Source: Methanothrix sp. (GTDB lineage Archaea; Halobacteriota; Methanosarcinia; Methanotrichales; Methanotrichaceae). From it: a stretch of DNA of 64,000 bases. A program made the translations under genes and the position numbers. The notes under the pieces were generated by a model. That model did not search any database. It was not told the DNA's origin and saw only the letters and a list, made by a program, of their open reading frames with translations. The stretch spans positions 1,952,001-2,016,000 of the forward strand of contig OY821645.1 in assembly GCA_963682135.1 (NCBI GenBank), given 5' to 3'. This document shows, piece after piece, positions 26,822 to 35,609 of the stretch (position 1 is its first letter; every line of letters starts with the position of its first letter).

Positions 26822-28654
26822 CTACGGGAACGTGGGCGTCTCCATGCCGGGCATGCCGGTCGTGCTGGGGGTGCTTGGAGTGCTCATGCTGCTGCCGCCT
26901 ATTTCGCCGCTAGGAAGCGAGCTTGATCTCGGAATCTCGGTGCCGGTTGAATTAGCGGCGGTCGGAATCTTCGGCATATCCATCGGTATGTCCGTGGGAA
27001 TCTTTGCAGGCACATTCCGGGAAATAGTCTGCAGCGACATCTCTTGCTTTCCTCCATTCTTGCGAGATACGGCAAGAGAGGGCGAACCCGCATCGCTGAA
27101 GTTTCCTGCAAGGTCCATAGAGACTGCATCATCGGGCCGCAGCATCAGATCGAGGCTCTTAAATGTGGACGATGCCCCGCTTGTCGGGTCCAGGGAGGTC
27201 ATGAGAAGCTGCAGCGTTCCCGGCTTGAGATTGCCCAGAGTGCTCATGCTGAACGCCCCCAGAGCCGGGTCCATGGATATATTGATCCTGCCGGATGGAT
27301 CGATCGTCAGGCCGTCAAGGGTGATTCTCTGGTAATTGGTATCAATGGAGATGGTGGGTGATAATTGGCGGTTGGCGCTCAGGCTGACATTATACGAATC
27401 TCCTTGTGAGAAAAGATCCATGCTCTGATTCTGACCCTGCCCTAGATTAGGTACGGAGGAAGACAGGGCAAATCCTGGGGCAATGATGGTCGTATCCGCC
27501 TGATTCTTTTGGCTGCCGTTGGAGGTGCTGTTGATATCTATGGCCAGGTGTGAGTCATTTATCGGGGCCAGGGGAAGCAAGATGACAGGCGGATGGAAAC
27601 TGCCCATGCCGGCCAGTCCAAACTTAAGATTGCGAATCTCAGCTCCTGGGATCTCATTTACAAACTGGCCCGATTCCAGGAGACCGACTCTCTGGCCATC
27701 TTCATCTGTGACCAGGGTGCGAGCTTTGCCGCTCTGCCAGATCTGCATGCTTTTTGTACCCTCCCCCATTCCTTGGCCGCCATTGTCTCCTGCGGCACTC
27801 ATCTCCTCACAGAAATCGCATTCTTGCAGCCCTAGCCTTGAGGAGAGGGAGACGATCTCCAGATTCTTGGTGCTGGCGTTGCCGGAGTAGAGGCTGTTTG
27901 GCTCATCCGGACTGGCTGATGCCAGGTAGCGCCAGGAATTGTTGATGGTATCCACCTCAATGAATCTGCTATCCTTGGGCCAGTTATTATCATATACCAG
28001 AATGCGGGCCGTGCCATTGCCCAGATCCTCAACAGCATAAGGCGTGATAGCATGCCCGCCGCTGCCATCAGGCAGATAGATGCCCATGACCCACCATTCT
28101 CCGGTTCCAGTTCCATTGCCAAAAGCAGCGGCCAGTGTGTCCAGCACAGCCTGGGGGGAATCCAGAACCTTCTTGGACCCTCCGGGCCTTGTGACCTGGG
28201 TGGTCCACCAGTAACCAATCTCGCGCTGCAGCAAGACATCTTGCAGCGAGAGGTCAATAACGCTGCTGCCTCCAAAGATACCGGGGCTTGTCTCGTTGTA
28301 ATACATGAGGCTGGATAGGACTGCAATGCCTTCACAGTGTCCGTTCTTCATGGCAGAGATGGCCTGATTCATCCATCGCTCGGCAGGGTAGGTGAGTGTG
28401 CACTTGCCGTCGGCAGTGCTGGCGCATACCTTGTCTCCGAACATGCGCTGCAGCTCTGCAGAGGTCAGGTCGACGGTCACTGGATCATCGCCATAGTTTT
28501 GAAAGCTGAATCCGTCAATATTGGGACGAAAACCGCTATCGTTGATTTCCGCTCCCTCCAGGGAGGGGGTGCTGTTATTCTCGGCTCCTGCTGCACAAAT
28601 AATAGTAGCATATAGAGATAATATAGCTATCACTGCAAAATACTGCTGCCTCAT
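26822..28654 (-). CDS. Secreted protein with putative papain-like (Cys-His-Asp) domain
   Basis: Signal peptide from MRQQYF, then DGFSFQNY, GHCEG, GHAITPY and VYDNN. The ORF extension to 29071 is antisense to another gene. Confidence 0.65.
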   Translation of the reverse strand: MRQQYFAVIAILSLYATIICAAGAENNSTPSLEGAEINDSGFRPNIDGFSFQNYGDDPVTVDLTSAELQRMFGDKVCASTADGKCTLTYPAERWMNQAISAMKNGHCEGIAVLSSLMYYNETSPGIFGGSSVIDLSLQDVLLQREIGYWWTTQVTRPGGSKKVLDSPQAVLDTLAAAFGNGTGTGEWWVMGIYLPDGSGGHAITPYAVEDLGNGTARILVYDNNWPKDSRFIEVDTINNSWRYLASASPDEPNSLYSGNASTKNLEIVSLSSRLGLQECDFCEEMSAAGDNGGQGMGEGTKSMQIWQSGKARTLVTDEDGQRVGLLESGQFVNEIPGAEIRNLKFGLAGMGSFHPPVILLPLAPINDSHLAIDINSTSNGSQKNQADTTIIAPGFALSSSVPNLGQGQNQSMDLFSQGDSYNVSLSANRQLSPTISIDTNYQRITLDGLTIDPSGRINISMDPALGAFSMSTLGNLKPGTLQLLMTSLDPTSGASSTFKSLDLMLRPDDAVSMDLAGNFSDAGSPSLAVSRKNGGKQEMSLQTISRNVPAKIPTDIPMDMPKIPTAANSTGTEIPRSSSLPSGEIGGSSMSTPSTPSTTGMPGMETPTFP

Positions 28655-28823
28655 AGTTGCCCTGCCACACCGGATTGGAAATTGCCAACTGGTTTTTCCT
28701 TGAGACATTTGCACTTGGGACTTATACATCTTTTGCCGCAATATGATCGCAAAATTTATATTTTGGCCCGGTGGATGAAGGGCAAAAATAGAAAGTAGCC
28801 ATAGAAAATGAGTGGGATTAGAA

Positions 28824-29087
28824 ATGAAGAAAATCTTAGCAATAGCATCAATGCTTCTGTTCGTTGCAGTTTCTGTCTTAGGTTTTGCCTTTGCAGAAGA
28901 GCAGGCCGCAGCAAATGAGTCGATCAACGCTTCCCAGATAAATGAGACCCTCACCAATGCAACACTCAGCAATGAGACACTGGGAAATGATACTCTTCTC
29001 AACGAGACACTTGGGAACGAAACCTTAGGTGAGAACGACACAAACCCATTTGCAGATGCAAAGAACCGCAAGCCGAGTTACAGATAA
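28824..29087 (+). CDS. Small secreted protein with N-x-T/S pentapeptide repeats
   Basis: MKKILAIASMLLFVAV signal peptide and nine N-x-S/T sequons. Confidence 0.75.
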   Translation: MKKILAIASMLLFVAVSVLGFAFAEEQAAANESINASQINETLTNATLSNETLGNDTLLNETLGNETLGENDTNPFADAKNRKPSYR

Positions 29088-29134
29088 GCTCTTCTAATTT
29101 TTAAAAATATATTTTTTGGAATCTTTTGATTATA

Positions 29135-29752
29135 TTAGAATAGCTTCATCAGCTCTTCGGCTATGACCTTGTAGCCCGCTTCATTGGGGTGGTCCAGTCC
29201 TGATAGTATCATGCTGCCCAGGGGTGTGCCTGCGTTAACTTTTCTCATCCAGGCACCATAGACATTTACAAAGCCCACATCCATCTCTCTGGCAACTCTA
29301 TGCACGGCTTGATAATAATCCAAAACCAGTCTGTCATAGGGCGGCGTCTCCAGGGGCTGGGAGGAGAGCAGCAGTATCTCCGAGTTGGGGCCGGCACGGA
29401 TGCGCCGTACCATCTCCACGAAGTTCATCTCGAACTCTTCTAAATCCAGACCCAGCGCGCAATCGTTGATGCCAAAGTTGATGGTGATGATGTCCGGTTC
29501 ATAAGAAAGGACCGCCCAGTCCAGCCGGGCCAGGCCATCCATGCTGGTGTCTCCGCAGGTGCCGGAGTTGATCATCTCCACTACTGCCTCGGGATACTTT
29601 TGCGCCAGCAGTTCTTTCCAAAAGGAGGGAAAGCCGCGCCGCACGCAGTAGCCGGCCGTGATGGAGTCGCCAAAGGCCACAACGGTCACATTGCAGCCGT
29701 TCTCCAGGTTCTTCCTCGTCCTTTCCACAAATCGTCTCTGCCCTTCATCCAT
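29135..29752 (-). CDS. SGNH/GDSL hydrolase
   Basis: FGDSIT, NSG..G, FGIND and DHPN. Confidence 0.9.
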   Translation of the reverse strand: MDEGQRRFVERTRKNLENGCNVTVVAFGDSITAGYCVRRGFPSFWKELLAQKYPEAVVEMINSGTCGDTSMDGLARLDWAVLSYEPDIITINFGINDCALGLDLEEFEMNFVEMVRRIRAGPNSEILLLSSQPLETPPYDRLVLDYYQAVHRVAREMDVGFVNVYGAWMRKVNAGTPLGSMILSGLDHPNEAGYKVIAEELMKLF

Positions 29753-29765
29753 GAATGTGGTCCTT

Positions 29766-30548
29766 TTAGCCTACTATTGGCGCTTTGCGGCCAGCAGCCT
29801 TTACCGCTGCCTTCATCTCTCGGATCAATTGCTCCAGCCGCTCAATCTCTCCTCGGGCGATCAGGTCCACGCAGACCGAACCCACGATGGCGCCGTCTGC
29901 TCCTGCGGCGATAACCTCCGCCGCCTGGGCAGGTGTGGAGATGCCAAAGCCCACAGCTTTGGGCTTATTCCCAGGCACGCGAGCGATGAGGTCGCGCGTG
30001 CTCTGCAGGACATCGCTTCTCGCGCCAGTTACGCCCGTGCGGGCTACCAGATAGAGAAAGCCTGAGGTCTCTCTTTCGATCATCTTCAAACGCTCAGCTG
30101 GAGTATTGGGGGCTGCCAGGAAGATCAGATCCACGCCCGCCTCCACGCAGGCCTGCCGAAGTGGTCCTGCTTCCTCGGGAGGAAGATCCGGCACAATCAT
30201 GCCCGTAATGCCGGCACGCTCGCAGTCCTGGGCAAACTTGTCCAGGCCGCGGGCATAGATCATATTGTAGTAGCCCATGAAGACCTTGGGTATGGCAACG
30301 TCTGCCTCTGCTGCCACCTGGAAATAGACATCGGTGTTCATTCCGGCGGCAATGGCCCTTTGTGCCGCCGCCTGGATGGTTGGGCCGTCTGCTATTGGGT
30401 CGGAGTGGGGCAGCCCCAATTCAATGATATCCGCTCCGGCTGCCGCCAGCCGCCGCACCAGGTCTGGCGTTGCCGAGGGCGTTGGGTCCCCGGCACAGAT
30501 GTAAACAATGAGCAGGGGGGCCTTTTCAAATGCCTCAGATATTTTCAT
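29766..30548 (-). CDS. trpA: Tryptophan synthase alpha subunit
   Basis: [22 protein letters not shown] and VGFGI. Confidence 0.96.
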   Translation of the reverse strand: MKISEAFEKAPLLIVYICAGDPTPSATPDLVRRLAAAGADIIELGLPHSDPIADGPTIQAAAQRAIAAGMNTDVYFQVAAEADVAIPKVFMGYYNMIYARGLDKFAQDCERAGITGMIVPDLPPEEAGPLRQACVEAGVDLIFLAAPNTPAERLKMIERETSGFLYLVARTGVTGARSDVLQSTRDLIARVPGNKPKAVGFGISTPAQAAEVIAAGADGAIVGSVCVDLIARGEIERLEQLIREMKAAVKAAGRKAPIVG

Positions 30549-31731
30549 AATCCATCACCGTTGCCAGATCTTTGTCGCCTCGTCCAGAGATGTTGATGAT
30601 GGCGAGGTTCCCCAGCGCCTCAGGCTCCTGCAGAGCATAGCCCACCGCATGGGCCGACTCCAGTGCCGGGATGATGCCCTCCAGTCTGGACAGGGCATGA
30701 AATCCTCGCATGGCCGTCTTATCATCGGCGATCTTGGTCAGAACGCGCCCCCTCTCCGCCAGGAAGGCCAGCTCCGGGCCTACGCCGGGATAATCAAGAC
30801 CCGCCGCCACTGAATAGGACTCCAGAATCTGGCCGTAAGGGTCCTGCAGAATCTTTGTGAGAGCGCCGTGCAAGACGCCGTCTGTGCCGAGGCCCAGGCT
30901 GGCTCCATGATCCGCAATTTTATCCGTCTTGCCCAGGCCCCGTCCGCCTGCCTCCACTGCCAGGAGCCGAACGCCTTCGTCCTCCAGGAAGGGAGCAAAT
31001 ATGCCCATGGCATTGCTGCCTCCTCCCACGCAGGCCGTAATGCTATCGGGCAGACGGCCCTCTGCCTGCATTATCTGTCTGCGGGCCTCTTTGCCTATGA
31101 CGCTCTGAAAATCGCGCACCATACTGGGGAAAGGATGTGCGCCCGCTGCCGTGCCCAGCAGGTAATGGGTGTGATCAAAACTGCCTGCCCAGTCTCGCAT
31201 AGCCTCGTTGATGGCGTCTTTAAGGGTGCGCGACCCGGAGCGAACAGGTATGACCTCCGCGCCCATGAGCTGCATGCGATAGACATTCATCTTCTGCCTT
31301 TCGATGTCCACCTCGCCCATGTAGACCTGGGTCTCAAAACCCAGATTGGCCCCCACGATGGCCGTGGCCACGCCATGCTGGCCGGCGCCCGTCTCGGCGA
31401 TGAGCCGGGTCTTGCCCATCTTCTTGGCCACCAGTGCCTGGCCCAGGGTATTATTGAGCTTGTGCGCCCCGCCATGCACCAGATCCTCTCTTTTCAGGTA
31501 GACCTTGCGGCCCAGCTTTTGGCTGAGGTTTTTGGCATGGTAGAGGGATGTCGGCCTGCCGGCGAAAGTTTTGAGCGCCAGGGCCAGCTCCTCCTGGAAA
31601 TCATTGCTCTTCATGAGGTTCTGGTAAGAGCGCGCCAGCTCCGCCAGAGGAGAAACCAGCGTCTCGGGGACAAAGAGGCCTCCGTACCTGCCGAACTTGA
31701 CTGCTGATGTATCGGATATCTGAGTATGCAA
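30535..31731 (-). CDS. trpB: Tryptophan synthase beta subunit
   Basis: [28 protein letters not shown] and SGRGDKD. Confidence 0.97.
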   Translation of the reverse strand: MHTQISDTSAVKFGRYGGLFVPETLVSPLAELARSYQNLMKSNDFQEELALALKTFAGRPTSLYHAKNLSQKLGRKVYLKREDLVHGGAHKLNNTLGQALVAKKMGKTRLIAETGAGQHGVATAIVGANLGFETQVYMGEVDIERQKMNVYRMQLMGAEVIPVRSGSRTLKDAINEAMRDWAGSFDHTHYLLGTAAGAHPFPSMVRDFQSVIGKEARRQIMQAEGRLPDSITACVGGGSNAMGIFAPFLEDEGVRLLAVEAGGRGLGKTDKIADHGASLGLGTDGVLHGALTKILQDPYGQILESYSVAAGLDYPGVGPELAFLAERGRVLTKIADDKTAMRGFHALSRLEGIIPALESAHAVGYALQEPEALGNLAIINISGRGDKDLATVMDYENI

Positions 31732-31748
31732 AGGATCACCTGCGTGAT

Positions 31749-31805
31749 TGTACTAATTAATACTATGATGTATTAAAAGGTACATCCGTGGTTATATTTA
31801 AACTT
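31749..31805 (-). promoter_or_regulatory. trpB promoter with four TRP-box-like hexamers (TrpY-type operator)
   Basis: TGTACT, AATACT, TGTATT and GGTACA at 31749, 31759, 31769 and 31779 (4-bp spacers). Minus-strand AAAG-TTTAAATA BRE/TATA at ~31795-31806. Confidence 0.65.
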
Positions 31806-31999
31806 TATCTCAGCGTTGGCTTTGCACGAAAACGCTTGTCTGCACGGAAAGTGACAGATGGTTATAGTCAATTTATTACATCCATTTATAACCTAATTGA
31901 TTTGACCGTTTAGCTTTGGATTGAGCACAAACCTCCCAATTAGATATATTTAAATCTACTGAGAATATGTTCATCTCTTGGTAGCCGGGGGAAATAAAG

Positions 32000-32893
32000 T
32001 TGGGCACTGATTCACAGATCAGGGAAAATGCTTATGAGTTGTTTTCATCAATAAAGGCTGAGTTATACGATTGGGCTACTGGTAAATGGTCGATCACATT
32101 CTCGTTTTTGCTTGCTATATGCTATATCCTTTCAGCGGATGAAACGATTGAATATTTGCCTGTAGATGATACTACTAAATCCATTGTTCAAAAAATCTCT
32201 ATATTTCTCTCGTTTTGTTTTATAATTATTATAGCTTTTATACAATATCTCCAATTTAAACAAACCGATGCCTTGCGATCTGTCAAGCGAGAATTGGAGG
32301 AGGCAAGAGAGAATAATGATCAACTTGAGGAGAGTATTAGTAATTCAATACAAGATATGGAATACATATGCAACGGTTATCTTTACTCGTTGGCCAAAGG
32401 CCCATTGGAATTTTTCAAAACACCGTCATCTCATGAGCGTATTACTATTTACGTTCATGATGATAAAGGGTATTTTTATTCTATCGGAAGATACTCTTCA
32501 AATCCTGATTATGGTCTGAAGAGTCGCGAGATGTATCCAAGCGGGGAAGGCAACATCGCAAAGGCTTGGGAAAGTGGGTTATGTTTTTCAGATGACTATC
32601 CAGATCCAATAACCGAACCTGGATTGTATTATGACCAATGCCTAAGTGAAGGTATTTCTCCAGAGACTCTTGAGCGAATCCGAATGAAATCACGCTTGTA
32701 TTTCGGATATAGGATATCAAAAGCGCATAAACCTCTTGCGGTTATAATCGTTGAATCAACCCAACCTCACCGATATGATTATAACCAATTAAAAGATATG
32801 TTCAATAAGCAAGAGCAATATCTGTGCTACTTAGTCGATAGTCTATCGAGATGGATGCCCAATATCAACGAGGCAAGGCAAAAGGGGTTCTGA
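32000..32893 (+). CDS. Hypothetical 2-TM, coiled-coil, GAF-like protein
   Basis: Two TM helices, coiled coil LKRELEEARENNDQLEE-type segment, and ERITIY...G.I.KAW...PLAVIIVES GAF-like core. AT-rich. Confidence 0.65.
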   Translation: MGTDSQIRENAYELFSSIKAELYDWATGKWSITFSFLLAICYILSADETIEYLPVDDTTKSIVQKISIFLSFCFIIIIAFIQYLQFKQTDALRSVKRELEEARENNDQLEESISNSIQDMEYICNGYLYSLAKGPLEFFKTPSSHERITIYVHDDKGYFYSIGRYSSNPDYGLKSREMYPSGEGNIAKAWESGLCFSDDYPDPITEPGLYYDQCLSEGISPETLERIRMKSRLYFGYRISKAHKPLAVIIVESTQPHRYDYNQLKDMFNKQEQYLCYLVDSLSRWMPNINEARQKGF

Positions 32894-32895
32894 AT

Positions 32896-33360
32896 ATGGC
32901 GCAATTAAAAGAAGTCATGGCGTATCTCATCAAGAATTATCCCCATAAAGCCGAGCTATCCAATGCTAGAATCACTAAAATGATTTACTTGGCAGATTGG
33001 CGTCATCTTATCACTTTTGGGTCTCAAATAACTAATATTAGATGGTATTTTGATAATTATGGTCCATTCGTGTGGGATATAAAATCAGCTGCTGAGGAGA
33101 ACACCAGTTTATTTAATGTCAAGAAGACAACAACCCCCTATGGAACTCCTAAAACAATATTTGACATTAAAGACGAAATGCATTCGCCTGAAGTCACTTC
33201 AGATGAAAAAAGTTCTTTGGACCATGTTATCCAAGAAACTAAAAACCTTAGCTACAGCCAATTTATCCGTCTCGTTTATTCTACATATCCGATAATTACT
33301 TCAGATAGGTTCACATATATTGATTTGACGAAGAAGGCGGAAGAATACTTGGGCCTATGA
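32896..33360 (+). CDS. Panacea/SocA (DUF4065) antitoxin-domain protein
   Basis: RITKMIYLADW, ITNI.W....YGP and LVYSTYP. Confidence 0.8.
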   Translation: MAQLKEVMAYLIKNYPHKAELSNARITKMIYLADWRHLITFGSQITNIRWYFDNYGPFVWDIKSAAEENTSLFNVKKTTTPYGTPKTIFDIKDEMHSPEVTSDEKSSLDHVIQETKNLSYSQFIRLVYSTYPIITSDRFTYIDLTKKAEEYLGL

Positions 33361-33471
33361 TATAGAAGTCAATTCTATTTTGCTCTCTTCCGTTCGCGAT
33401 CCTAATAAGGAGATTTGCACTTGGGATTAGGGCACACTTTTGGCAGTGTGTGCGGGTTCCTGGGATACCAC

Positions 33472-33885
33472 TCATGTCCACATCCAAGTCATTCCACCTA
33501 AAACAAATCCATCGATCGCATCAATGCGCAACGCCATAAAAGCGCCATCGAATTTAACATGAACGCCGCATTGAATTATTTTGATATTCTTTAAATAAAT
33601 TTGATCTCGCTTTATATCTTGATTTTCTGGTTCTGTTTGACTGGATGAATTATATTTTTCGGAGGCCTCTCTAATTTTCTCTTCAATATAATCCGATACT
33701 GTCCTCGATCCACCTACTACTAGCGAATCCATTTTTTTGGCTTCAGCTCTGTAGTATGCGTTTGGATGAATTAAATCTCCGGAGATGATAGCGCCTCCTG
33801 CTAAAACGGTAACGTTGACAAAGAAATCTTCTCCGGCTTCATCCATTAAGCTAAGACACCATTCGAGCATCTGAAATCGATTCAT
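33472..33885 (-). CDS. GvpU-like hypothetical protein
   Basis: VTVLAGGAIISGDLI...YY, IYLKN and RIDAIDGFVLG. Start placed at MNRFQ. Confidence 0.55.
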   Translation of the reverse strand: MNRFQMLEWCLSLMDEAGEDFFVNVTVLAGGAIISGDLIHPNAYYRAEAKKMDSLVVGGSRTVSDYIEEKIREASEKYNSSSQTEPENQDIKRDQIYLKNIKIIQCGVHVKFDGAFMALRIDAIDGFVLGGMTWMWT

Positions 33886-34004
33886 CAAGTTCACCGCTTG
33901 GACTAAAGTACATTCAGTAATTAAAGATAACGAACGCAAGGTCTGCGTCAACGTCAGATCAAAAGGATACTTAGGAAGAAAATTCAACAATATAACTGTA
34001 TTAA

Positions 34005-34030
34005 TGTAACTACGTTTATAGGTAGTTACA
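34005..34030. promoter_or_regulatory. Perfect 9-bp inverted repeat around a TTTATA core
   Basis: TGTAACTAC-GTTTATAG-GTAGTTACA. Confidence 0.5.
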
Positions 34031-34094
34031 AATATTAGTACTCTCTGCACGTAAGTCGGACCAAAAGAGTACTTTACGTGCAAAGCCCTCAGCG

Positions 34095-34304
34095 TTAGCT
34101 CAGATCAGGGGGCAGCTCTCCTGTCAGGCACTCGATCCTTCTTTGTGCACCCTCTAATCGGGCATCACAGAGCTTGACCAGCGTCATGCCCTTCTCATAC
34201 AGGTCCAGGCTCTCTTCCAGGGTCATCTTTCCCTCTTCCAGTACCTCTACAATCTGCTCCAGACTGTCCAGAGCCTCTTCCAGGCCAATCTGTTCCTTCT
34301 TCAT
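34095..34304 (-). CDS. xseB: Exodeoxyribonuclease VII small subunit
   Basis: LEEAL..LE.IV..LE.G...LEESL.LYE.G..L...C...L..A. Confidence 0.93.
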   Translation of the reverse strand: MKKEQIGLEEALDSLEQIVEVLEEGKMTLEESLDLYEKGMTLVKLCDARLEGAQRRIECLTGELPPDLS

Positions 34305-34316
34305 TGTGCTTCCTCT

Positions 34317-35507
34317 TCAATCATCCTGGCATTCCAGTACCCGGCAGCGTAGCCTTCCCTTCCCCAGTATCAGCTCGATATCCTCGCCCGGTCTGGCGTC
34401 CTGGGATTGCAGTATCAGGCCCTTCTCGGATCTGGCGATGGCATAGCCCCTCAGAAGGGTGGCCAGCGGGCCTACGGCCAGCAGCCGTCCTTTGGCCAGC
34501 TCCAGACGGCTTTTTATGCTCTGCATCTTGTCCGCCTGGGCGGCGTCCAGGTTCTGGCTCAGATAATCCAGTCTCTGACGGGCATCGCGTGCCAGAGAGT
34601 ACATCCTTTTGGCGGATACGTTTTGCTTCAGATACTCCAGACGCTCTTCTTTTCGTTCCAGGTTTGTCCAGAGGGCGCGCATGATTCTGACCTGGGCCGT
34701 GCGCAGTTTTTCTTTAATTTGCTCTACATCAGCCGCTGCCATCTTTGCCGCCGCCGTGGGCGTTGCCGCTCGCACATCTGCCACATAGTCGGCAATGGTC
34801 ACATCCGTCTCGTGCCCCACAGCGGAGATGACAGGCACATCGCAGGTGAATATGGCGCGGGCTACAATCTCGGAGTTGAAGCACCACAGATCCTCAGTAG
34901 ATCCGCCTCCGCGGCAGACTATGATTACATCCGCGCGGCCTTTCAGGGCCAAAATTGCCGATGCAACACTCTCCTCAGCTCCGTCTCCCTGCACCTGGGC
35001 TGGGGAGAGGATGATTCTGGCAGGATAAGAGCCCAATGTGCGCAGGACATCTCGCAGCGCCGCACCCTGGGGGGAGGTGACAATGCCGATTCGCTCTGGA
35101 TACAAAGGCAGCGCCCGCTTTCTCTCCTGAGCGAATAGCCCCTCTGCGGCCAGCTTCTTTTTGAGCGCCTCCAGTTGCAGGTGACGAAAGCCCTGGCCTT
35201 CGTCCAGCTTAAGGGCGCGGGCCACCAGCTGCACCCTGCCCTGGGGCCTGTAAACGGCAATATCTCCGAAGACCATCACATTCTTGCCGTCCTTTGGCTC
35301 AAAGTCCAGGGAGAGGGCGCTTCCTTTGAAGAGAACGCAGGAGATGGAAGAGCCCTGGTCTTTGATGGTAAAATACCGATGTCCCGACCGGTGATGGATG
35401 TAGTTGGAGACCTCGCCCCGTGCCCAGAGGTCGTGCAGGCGGGGATCATTCTCCAGGCGGTCTGCTATTCTCTGATTCAGGTCGGTGACTGTGAATATCT
35501 GGGTCAA
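34317..35507 (-). CDS. xseA: Exodeoxyribonuclease VII large subunit
   Basis: GEVSN....SGH.YFT.KD, RGGGS.EDLW.FN, GHETD and TPTAAA. Confidence 0.95.
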   Translation of the reverse strand: MTQIFTVTDLNQRIADRLENDPRLHDLWARGEVSNYIHHRSGHRYFTIKDQGSSISCVLFKGSALSLDFEPKDGKNVMVFGDIAVYRPQGRVQLVARALKLDEGQGFRHLQLEALKKKLAAEGLFAQERKRALPLYPERIGIVTSPQGAALRDVLRTLGSYPARIILSPAQVQGDGAEESVASAILALKGRADVIIVCRGGGSTEDLWCFNSEIVARAIFTCDVPVISAVGHETDVTIADYVADVRAATPTAAAKMAAADVEQIKEKLRTAQVRIMRALWTNLERKEERLEYLKQNVSAKRMYSLARDARQRLDYLSQNLDAAQADKMQSIKSRLELAKGRLLAVGPLATLLRGYAIARSEKGLILQSQDARPGEDIELILGKGRLRCRVLECQDD

Positions 35508-35566
35508 GATAATCCCGTTTTTATCGGCCCCGATATTTAAGGGCGATTCCTGTGTGTGGCGAAACT

Positions 35567-35601
35567 AAAAAAAAGTGTAAATGCGGGCGGACAACGCCCG
35601 C
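35567..35601 (-). terminator. Hairpin plus oligo-T terminator after the giant surface protein gene
   Basis: GCGGGCG-GACAA-CGCCCGC (35583-35601) followed on the minus strand by a T8 run. Confidence 0.6.
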
Positions 35602-35609
35602 ACACGGCC

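Noticed and set aside
28655-29071. N-terminal extension of the 749-aa ORF with VSFPSVSL repeats
   Set aside because: Antisense shadow of the NETL-repeat gene. The real start with a signal peptide is at 28654.
8122-31707. Long antisense ORFs opposite glyS, lysS, trpB and others
   Set aside because: Shadow ORFs caused by GC3 bias of well-supported genes on the other strand.
6142-35507. Bacterial-type adk and xseAB in an archaeon
   Set aside because: Already known in Methanosarcinales-related methanogens, and their composition is host-like.
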